Source: Octopus vulgaris (taxonomy: Eukaryota). From it: a stretch of DNA of 124,000 nucleotides. The notes under the pieces were generated by a model. That model made no database searches. It was not told the DNA's origin and saw only the letters and a program-made list of their open reading frames with translations. The translations under genes were made by a program, and so were the position numbers. Shown here in pieces: positions 118,701-124,000 of this stretch. The DNA is taken from positions 87,936,001 to 88,060,000 of the forward strand of contig OX597817.1 of assembly GCA_951406725.2 (NCBI GenBank), read 5' to 3'. Each line of letters opens with the position of its first letter. Positions within the stretch are counted from its first letter, which is position 1.

Positions 118701-119552
118701 CATCCAGAAGGTCTAATGATGGAGGAGGTGCCTGAGGACCCTACCCCAATAACCCTTTCGGGAATAGTAGACAGAGATAGATGTATCTAAATATTATTTT
118801 TCATAACATTGGAAAACTCAGTTGTCAGTTGTTAGATTAGTACAAAATTGTTCAATGTAAAATGTCAAATTTTAAATCATTACCTTTCACTGATAATATT
118901 TAAGTTATCAACTTTACTTTAAATGCTATTAAACTACCAACAAAGAATAATTACTAATGAAAAATTAATGAAATCTTATCTAATGTATCTAATCTAAAAG
119001 AAAATTAGGATACACAATTTCTTAAAAACACATGATATAACAGAAATAACATGATTTTTATGTTCACCTTTAATGAATGCATTATTTTAATCATCATTTT
119101 CTAGTTTTATTTAAAATTAAAATTCATTTAATATGACAATTAATTTGATTGAGTAATTAACCCTTTTGATAGCATACTATCTGAGACTGCCACTAGTTCT
119201 CTGATATAAATTTTCCCAAGTCATCTCAAAACCTTCAAACACCAGATTAATCATGACAAAGTTATTTTAAGTAAATCCTTCATTAATTTTGCAATTAATT
119301 GAAACAAATGTAGTGTGTTTCAACAGAAATATGGTAACAGAAGGGTTAAAGACACTGTTGTTTAAAGAAACAGAAAAATGTGAATTATTGATAAAAATTA
119401 TCTCACTAGTCTTTCTGTCCATATTCGCAAATTTTCAACAAAGTTATGGTCATCAATTGGTCGTCTGTGCATAGAAAACAAGATTGAGATGCAGTCCTTC
119501 AGTCTCTGAATCTGGTGAAGAACAGTCATGCTCTGCTTTGCTTGAACTCGAA
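44352..119552 (-). CDS. EPG5: Ectopic P granules protein 5 homolog (autophagosome-lysosome tether), 41 coding exons; N-terminus lies beyond the window end
   Basis: 41 GT-AG exons join with consistent phases (6542 nt). Recognisable EPG5 motifs: [90 protein letters not shown]. Confidence 0.95.
46056..46440 (+). mobile_element. tRNA-derived SINE, a well-preserved copy of the most abundant family (dozens of copies, e.g. 2995, 30470, 35385, 98035, 104590)
   Basis: GGCGTAGGAGTGGCTGTGTGGTAAG (A box)...GGTTCAGTCCCA (B box), with internal (TA)n/(TG)n. Confidence 0.85.
46743..46952 (-). CDS. EPG5: EPG5 exon
   Basis: [13 protein letters not shown]...[16 protein letters not shown]; tandem acceptor, so the end could be 46949. 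Confidence 0.9.
47074..47290. mobile_element. Mariner-derived MITE (relatives at 66.7-66.9 and 105.5-105.7 kb)
   Basis: Ends GGGGGT(A/G)CTGAAAAGTTC ... GAACTTTTCAGCA. Confidence 0.7.
47892..48108 (-). CDS. EPG5: EPG5 exon
   Basis: [41 protein letters not shown]...; phase 1-2. Confidence 0.9.
49182..49430 (-). CDS. EPG5: EPG5 exon
   Basis: [13 protein letters not shown]...AAACRSLAS...VYFTS; phase 1-1. Confidence 0.9.
50280..50640 (-). mobile_element. CR1/L2-like LINE 3' fragment
   Basis: [34 protein letters not shown]. Confidence 0.8.
50959..51158 (-). CDS. EPG5: EPG5 exon
   Basis: [11 protein letters not shown]...[13 protein letters not shown]...EMA; phase 2-1. Confidence 0.88.
54749..54906 (-). 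CDS. EPG5: EPG5 exon
   Basis: [16 protein letters not shown]...[12 protein letters not shown]...LEL; phase 0-2. Confidence 0.88.
56154..56342 (-). CDS. EPG5: EPG5 exon
   Basis: [22 protein letters not shown]...ESFLSF; phase 0-0. Confidence 0.88.
57355..58735 (+). mobile_element. 5'-truncated RTE LINE (end of RT, C-terminus, 3' UTR, (GAT)n tail)
   Basis: ORF 57306-58238 is nearly identical in protein to the C-terminal part of the 92-95 kb element. Confidence 0.93.
58808..58995 (-). CDS. EPG5: EPG5 exon
   Basis: LLSPVAY...LWIFY...[18 protein letters not shown]; phase 1-0. Confidence 0.9.
59944..60120 (-). CDS. EPG5: EPG5 exon
   Basis: [18 protein letters not shown]...LIPWT...HTFYK; phase 1-1. 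Confidence 0.9.
61492..61684 (-). CDS. EPG5: EPG5 exon
   Basis: [12 protein letters not shown]...[13 protein letters not shown]...SPAQ; phase 0-1. Confidence 0.9.
62489..62655 (-). CDS. EPG5: EPG5 exon
   Basis: [14 protein letters not shown]...LSSHQ; phase 1-0. Confidence 0.85.
64285..64366 (-). CDS. EPG5: EPG5 exon
   Basis: [27 protein letters not shown]; phase 0-1. Confidence 0.85.
66408..66539 (-). CDS. EPG5: EPG5 exon
   Basis: [13 protein letters not shown]...[18 protein letters not shown]; phase 0-0. Confidence 0.9.
68253..68564. mobile_element. hAT-type MITE
   Basis: TIR CAGTGGTTCTCAA; near-perfect 8-bp TSD gtcaaagg / gtctaagg. Confidence 0.8.
68652..68843 (-). CDS. EPG5: EPG5 exon
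   Basis: EFVQKMPDQ...LMSPHFLPN...DMAFMLLSK; phase 0-0. Confidence 0.92.
71055..71223 (-). CDS. EPG5: EPG5 exon
   Basis: TLIKL...[21 protein letters not shown]; phase 2-0. Confidence 0.94.
72829..72971 (-). CDS. EPG5: EPG5 exon
   Basis: [14 protein letters not shown]...[17 protein letters not shown]; phase 0-2. Confidence 0.9.
74426..75644 (-). mobile_element. Tc1-like DNA transposon with a decayed transposase
   Basis: TIRs CAGGGGTTGGACAAAATA with TA flanks; HTH fragment 75275-75463; DDE fragment QDNNAPIH...[15 protein letters not shown]. Confidence 0.92.
76332..76409 (-). CDS. EPG5: EPG5 exon
   Basis: [26 protein letters not shown]; phase 0-0. Confidence 0.87.
78301..78391 (-). CDS. EPG5: EPG5 exon
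   Basis: [30 protein letters not shown]; phase 2-0. Confidence 0.88.
78829..79000 (-). CDS. EPG5: EPG5 exon
   Basis: [19 protein letters not shown]...[12 protein letters not shown]; phase 1-2. Confidence 0.9.
79068..79235. repeat. ~21-bp minisatellite (TTATGATCACCTTA...)
   Basis: About 8 diverged units, each with TGATCA. Confidence 0.85.
80384..80531 (-). CDS. EPG5: EPG5 exon
   Basis: [12 protein letters not shown]...FRVST; phase 0-1. Confidence 0.87.
81172..81545 (+). mobile_element. Tandem copies of a second SINE family (many copies, e.g. 41.4-41.95, 47.4-47.8, 54.1 kb)
   Basis: GGCGGTGAGCTGGCAGAA...GAGTTCAAATTCCGCC...GCTTTTCATCCTTTCG...GTACCAG. Confidence 0.8.
82993..83116 (-). CDS. 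EPG5: EPG5 exon
   Basis: [41 protein letters not shown]; phase 2-0. Confidence 0.93.
83524..83596 (-). CDS. EPG5: EPG5 exon
   Basis: [23 protein letters not shown]; phase 1-2; it resolves the frame between its two neighbours. Confidence 0.82.
85433..85584 (-). CDS. EPG5: EPG5 exon
   Basis: [28 protein letters not shown]...EGENT; phase 2-1. Confidence 0.88.
87263..87429 (-). CDS. EPG5: EPG5 exon
   Basis: KSAVKLKL...[32 protein letters not shown]; phase 0-2. Confidence 0.95.
87595..87828 (-). CDS. EPG5: EPG5 exon
   Basis: [22 protein letters not shown]...VEQAWK; phase 0-0. Confidence 0.92.
89695..89791 (-). CDS. EPG5: EPG5 exon
   Basis: [32 protein letters not shown]; phase 2-0. Confidence 0.9.
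90938..91035 (-). CDS. EPG5: EPG5 exon
   Basis: [32 protein letters not shown]; phase 0-2. Confidence 0.88.
91146..91266 (-). CDS. EPG5: EPG5 exon
   Basis: [14 protein letters not shown]...[15 protein letters not shown]; phase 2-0. Confidence 0.9.
91966..96630 (-). mobile_element. Near full-length RTE-clade LINE (APE endonuclease + RT + C-terminal region) with tandem 5' monomers and a (GAT)n tail
   Basis: ORF 95353-92567 (928 aa) has the motifs [32 protein letters not shown] and YADD. A CGA>TGA stop at 92567 separates it from the C-terminal [16 protein letters not shown]. The 3' tail is ...GTTAAAC(GAT)n. Confidence 0.95.
95948..96117. repeat. 34-bp G-rich minisatellite x5 in the RTE 5' UTR
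   Basis: GGTATTGGTGGTGGGGGTGAGAACAGTGTTCACC. Confidence 0.9.
98779..98919 (-). CDS. EPG5: EPG5 exon
   Basis: [15 protein letters not shown]...[15 protein letters not shown]; phase 2-2. Confidence 0.9.
99070..99590 (-). mobile_element. Bipartite RTE relic: endonuclease fragment joined to the 3' tail
   Basis: ORF 99356-99538 ([15 protein letters not shown]...) is followed directly by the RTE 3' tail and (GAT)n. Confidence 0.8.
100088..100347 (-). CDS. EPG5: EPG5 exon
   Basis: VALVVRQ...[15 protein letters not shown]...[16 protein letters not shown]; phase 0-2. Confidence 0.93.
100518..100640 (-). CDS. EPG5: EPG5 exon
   Basis: [25 protein letters not shown]...FMEGVKQ; phase 0-0. Confidence 0.9.
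100749..101248. mobile_element. Tc1/pogo-type MITE
   Basis: TIR CC(A/G)TAAATCCTCGAGTATA with TA flanks. Confidence 0.8.
102312..102476 (-). CDS. EPG5: EPG5 exon
   Basis: [15 protein letters not shown]...[12 protein letters not shown]; phase 0-0. Confidence 0.94.
103149..104013 (-). mobile_element. Internally deleted mariner
   Basis: TIRs TTGG(G/T)TCAT(C/T)CCATAAATAAT with TA flanks; [16 protein letters not shown]. Confidence 0.88.
105252..105392 (-). CDS. EPG5: EPG5 exon
   Basis: [28 protein letters not shown]...NIGG; phase 0-0. Confidence 0.94.
105930..106763 (+). mobile_element. RTE endonuclease-domain fragment
   Basis: ORF 106000-106782 with [16 protein letters not shown] and QINFILTR. 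Confidence 0.9.
106764..106906. repeat. 25/26-bp tandem array (CAATCCTGTTTTCCTTTAGGGATAT) at an RTE/PLE junction
   Basis: Five full units plus one partial unit, read directly. Confidence 0.95.
106890..107135 (-). mobile_element. Penelope-like GIY-YIG endonuclease fragment
   Basis: [25 protein letters not shown]....IYIG, then frameshifted [16 protein letters not shown]. Confidence 0.8.
107561..107712 (-). CDS. EPG5: EPG5 exon
   Basis: [29 protein letters not shown]...VEVFE; phase 1-0. Confidence 0.92.
109958..110112 (-). CDS. EPG5: EPG5 exon
   Basis: [23 protein letters not shown]...KAELK; phase 2-1. Confidence 0.92.
111949..112092 (-). CDS. EPG5: EPG5 exon
   Basis: [10 protein letters not shown]...[17 protein letters not shown]; phase 2-2. 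Confidence 0.94.
112780..112936 (-). CDS. EPG5: EPG5 exon
   Basis: SWHYDV...[34 protein letters not shown]; phase 1-2. Confidence 0.92.
115029..115149 (-). CDS. EPG5: EPG5 exon
   Basis: [23 protein letters not shown]...NQD; phase 0-1. Confidence 0.9.
117706..117805 (-). CDS. EPG5: EPG5 exon
   Basis: GREQFLQHL...[11 protein letters not shown]; phase 2-0. Confidence 0.92.
118185..118387 (-). CDS. EPG5: EPG5 exon
   Basis: [31 protein letters not shown]...ATILQPI; phase 0-2. Confidence 0.95.
119407..119552 (-). CDS. EPG5: EPG5 exon (most 5' one in the window)
   Basis: RVQAKQ...[15 protein letters not shown]...IWTERL; phase 1-0. Confidence 0.9.
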
Positions 119553-120482
119553 CTAAAAAGAGAATTTGTCATCATATAGATAAGAGATATCACAAATACA
119601 ATATTTCTCAATAATATCTGAACCATTTTTCAAAATCAAGATCTATTTAGTATGACTTTCCTACATTATTAACTCTAAACATTCATAGGAACTCTAAAAA
119701 ATAATTACATATTCAACTGAACCATTTTTAAGACAACCAGCAAAGTGAAACGTTTCTGAAAAATATTCATTTTGAAACTGTGCTTTCCATGTTTAGGGTT
119801 CAGTTTTTTTAATAAAAATTAGTATTTATTACATTTCAAAATACAAACGTTATAACAATTGTTTATAAACTGATTGATTGTATGGAGATTTAATAGCTAC
119901 AAGACTAAAGTTTGGGTTTCTTATCAGATCATCATCATCATTTAATGTTCATTGTCCATGCTGTACACAAATAAACAAATTTACGAATACCATCTCATGC
120001 TAGCATAGAATATCAAGCGGACGGAATTACTAAACTCATAGTTATTCCGATTTTGAATGGATGGACTTGGTGCAAACTTAACTGTATCTATTATTATTAT
120101 TATTATTAATATTAATAGTAATTTATATTGACTTTTATAGGTTTATAATTTTATGAACTGAACTATGGTTTTTTTATTATTATTTTCAGGTATAGGTATG
120201 ATTTTAATTTAAATAGTAGTGCGCATACATCTCCCTATGTGTTAGTTTTTAGAACTATTAGGCAAATATGTAAAATAACTGTGCTTATTAATATTAATAT
120301 ATACACTGATATATATTTTGTTTTATTTTGTTTTGTTTACCTTGCATTATTGTATCAATGAGTATTATATATATTATATATGTGTAGCATTATGGAGTTT
120401 ATGCACAAGTTTTTATATTTTACATTTTTATATTTATATGTATATGAAAAAATAATTTTTTCACAATTATAACAAATTAAAT

Positions 120483-120592
120483 TCTCTGAAGAGGCCGTGG
120501 GGCATCCTTGTTAATGCCTCATTTATACCTGCCTTTATGGCTTATAGGTTAAATGAGGTATGACTGCCCTTACTGCCGAAACAGCTGTCAGA
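120483..120592 (+). ncRNA. Type I hammerhead ribozyme with a long stem II (PLE pLTR type)
   Basis: tct-CTGAAGA-GGC...(cctcattta/taaatgagg hairpin)...GCC-GAAAC-AGCT-GTC-aga. Confidence 0.82.
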
Positions 120593-120784
120593 TATGATAT
120601 AATTACATATTATATTTTATATTTTATATTTCTATTTCCTTGTCTATTTATATTTACTATATATTTTGTATAATGCCTTTACTGATATGTAATGGTGTAA
120701 TAAAGTATTGATTGGGTATCATCTGAGAGTTGATGTTTTATTGATTTAAGTATGTTTCTCCATTTTCTAATTTTGTAATATAAT

Positions 120785-122540
120785 CCTCAAGCCGTAATCC
120801 CATCTTTTCCCTTCTTTCCGCCATTGGCGGTCTTTCCTCCTCTTCTTCTTCTTATGCTAAAACTTGAAAATCGCCATTACCATTACGATTCTGCAATTTA
120901 AACTCCCAATTCAACTTACTTTCTTCTTCAACTCCCGGTCGATGCCCGCAGCAAGTTCTTAAAAATTTATCTTACTATTTTTATTCGTTGTTACTACGTT
121001 TATTCATACATTGATAACTTGATTCGTCTTACCCATCGAAAATTTACGAAAATTTAACCTTTTAGGCTACTTTCAAGCCTTCGCCATAACTTGATTTATC
121101 TTTCCTATCTCTCTCTCTACAAAATTTAACCTTAGGCTGCCTCAAGCCGTAATCCCATCTTTTCCCTTCTTTCCGCCATTGGCGGTCTTTCCTCCTCTTC
121201 TTCTTCTTATGCTAAAGCTTGAAAATCGCCATTACCATTACGATTCTGCAATTTAAACTCCCAATTCAACTTACTTTCTTCTTCAACTCCCGGTCGATGC
121301 CCGCAGCAAGTTCTTAAAAATTTATCTTACTATTTTTATTCGTTGTTACTACGTTTATTCATACATTGATAACTTGATTCGTCTTACCCATCGAAAATTT
121401 ACGAAAATTTAACCTTTTAGGCTACTTTCAAGCCTTCGCCATAACTTGATTTATCTTTCCTATCTCTCTCTCTACAAAATTTAACCTTAGGCTGCCTCAA
121501 GCCGTAATCCCATCTTTTCCCTTCTTTCCGCCATTGGCGGTCTTTCCTCCTCTTCTTCTTCTTATGCTAAAGCTTGAAAATCGCCATTACCATTACGATT
121601 CTGCAATTTAAACTCCCAATTCAACTTACTTTCTTCTTCAACTCCCGGTCGATGCCCGCAGCAAGTTCTTAAAAATTTATCTTACTATTTTTATTCGTTG
121701 TTACTACGTTTATTCATACATTGATAACTTGATTCGTCTTACCCATCGAAAATTTACGAAAATTTAACCTTTTAGGCTACTTTCAAGCCTTCGCCATAAC
121801 TTGATTTATCTTTCCTATCTCTCTCTCTACAAAATTTAACCTTAGGCTACCTCAAGCCGTAATCCCATCTTTTCCCTTCTTTCCGCCAGCCCCCCCACCC
121901 CCACCACCAATACCGATGAACACTGTTCTCACCCCCACCACCAATACCGGTGAACACTGTTCTCACCGCCACCACCAATACCGGTGAACACTGTTCTCAC
122001 CCCCACCACCAATACCAGTATACCCTGTTCTCACCATCTACACCGGATACGCCCTACTCATCTACACCGGGTACGCCCTACTCCCTCCTCCTCCCCCCAC
122101 TACCCCTTCTCCTCATATGCTTTCACTGTGAAAAGACAAGCTGCTAGCGCCATAGCTCATCAACTGCCCACCGATCTTACGCTTCCTCCTGACACTGCCT
122201 CAATCCGACCATCCCCTTTTAGTACCCTCCCGCCTCGTAATATCCTACGTTTTTATTTCTTAGGAACCTACACCAACCCTTCCTGCCATCGTTCCTCCTT
122301 ACCCCAACCTTCCGACACGTTAAAATGCTCGAACCGATCGTGACGATGCCGGACCCTCCGGCCCCTGTGCAGGTGGCACGTAAAAAGCACCCAATCCACT
122401 CACGGAGTGGTTGGCGTTAGGAAGGGCATCCAGCCGTAGAAACTCTGCCAGATTCAGACTGGAGCCTGGAGCGGCCCCTGGCTTCCCAGACCCGGTCAAA
122501 CCGTCCAACCCGTGCTAGCGCGGAAAGCGGACGTTAAACG
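120785..122540 (+). mobile_element. Non-autonomous internally deleted RTE: about 3 x 355-bp monomers + 5' UTR fused to the 3' tail
   Basis: Near-identical to the 5' and 3' ends of 91966-96630; the junction ...CCAACCTTCC|GACACGTT... lies at about 122313. Confidence 0.92.
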
Positions 122541-122999
122541 ATGATGATGATGATGATGATAATACACAATACTATAAATTAGAGTTGTATTAAAATTTGA
122601 AAAATTAATTTAATTTAATAAACAAATATTTAATAAATATTTGAAATGTAAATAATCCAACAATTCCAAATTTTGCAAATTCATTTGAAGAATATCTTAA
122701 CATGATGAAATGACTACACATTTGAAGATAGCATTTATAATTCACTCACTTGGGCCATCAGCTCGAATCTTTTGAAGAATGGGTAAGCTTTTGAATAAAT
122801 TATGAATGTAAGATTCTACTTGAAGCCTGAAATTATACGATATAATAAAAGAAAAATATATTGGTTTGAAACCCACTTGATGCATTAATCAACAATATAA
122901 TTTTAATAGCACACATACACACACACATAAATGTGTATTTGTGTGTGTGTGTATAAAATATGAGTGTGTGTATATATATATAGAAAGAGAGAGAGGGAG

Positions 123000-123800
123000 A
123001 GCTTACCGATAAAGCACATTCACTTACACAGTGTTCATTGTGTATTTGGTTAATGAGAGAGATGGACGATATGAGAATTTTAAATATCCCACCTGTGAGG
123101 AATCGATGCTAGATGAGTCAAAACAATTGAAGTGATTAACAAAAATTCTCGTATCTTCCTTCTCTCTCATTAACCAAATTTACATCCATCCATTCATCCA
123201 CCCGCTCGCCCACTGTGTACCCAAAACATGTACTGAGAGTGATAAAAATCAACATCCAGTCATCATTGTATTTGGAGTGATCACTACGGAGGCCTACATC
123301 AAATGCCTGGAGGAGGTAGTGTTACCCTAGGTCAAGAGGGTGGCTGTTGGACAACCCTATGTCTGGCAACAGGACTCTACACCATGTCACACAAGCAGGA
123401 GAACCCAATCATGGTTGTCAGACAATTTCTGCAACCACATCATCCCTAACATCTGGCTATCTAACTTCCCAGTCTGCAACCGCCTTGATTATTATGTGTG
123501 GGGCTTAGTTAAATGAGTGACCAACAAAACTCCTTGTAACACCAAAGATAAACTGAAGGCAAGGATTATGGCAGTATTCACCAACTTAACCATGGAGACC
123601 ATCTAGAGGAGTTGCAGGAGATTCTGAAGTCTTCTGGAAACCATGGTTGAAGTCAATGGCAATTTTGTTGGATAAATTTACTCTTTAGTATTTCATGATA
123701 TTTTTTAATGTAATTTTGGTAAATATATCTGTTAAAATGAGATGACAGTGTTATTTTCATTTTTGCATAATTTAGACAACAATATATTCACCACAACCTG
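123000..123800 (+). mobile_element. Decayed maT/DD37D-like Tc1-mariner transposase
   Basis: Fragments read YVWQQDSTPCHTSRRTQSWL...NIW....C..LDYYVWG. Confidence 0.7.
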
Positions 123801-124000
123801 TGTATATATATATGTGTATACATATATATATATATATATATACATACATTGGGTCATCCCATAAATAATGGGATGAAGTTGTGAAGGCTAACTAAGTAAG
123901 AGAAGAAGACAAAGAACTATACTAACTGCCAATATACAGTGTTACAGAAGACTCCTACACCCATAGTAAAATGCACCCTAACACAAGAGCAGTGTTTAAG

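Overview
This is AT-rich, repeat-dense eukaryotic DNA. The SINE/LINE families and (TA)n density look like Octopus; that assignment is my recognition, not a database result. Two convergent multi-exon genes fill the window, and I assembled both by hand using splice sites and frame continuity. On the + strand are the last 12 coding exons of TBC1D32/broad-minded (7971-38836, 463 aa plus stop). On the - strand are 41 coding exons of EPG5 (119552 down to 44352, about 2179 aa plus stop), with the N-terminus outside the window. The introns contain a near full-length RTE LINE with relatives, a decayed Tx1/L1-like LINE, Penelope-like element (PLE) remnants, Tc1/mariner/maT relics, MITEs and many SINEs. 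Main observations: (1) a 1.85 kb PLE palindrome with a 12-nt loop and a hammerhead ribozyme in each arm; (2) a second intact hammerhead at 120.5 kb; (3) a U12 minor-spliceosome intron in TBC1D32; (4) an RTE with tandem ~355-bp 5' monomers plus a young ORF-less derivative; (5) a copied TBC1D32 exon inserted in a repeat; (6) a 25-bp array built from alternating RTE and PLE pieces. Coordinates were counted by hand and may be off by a few bases.
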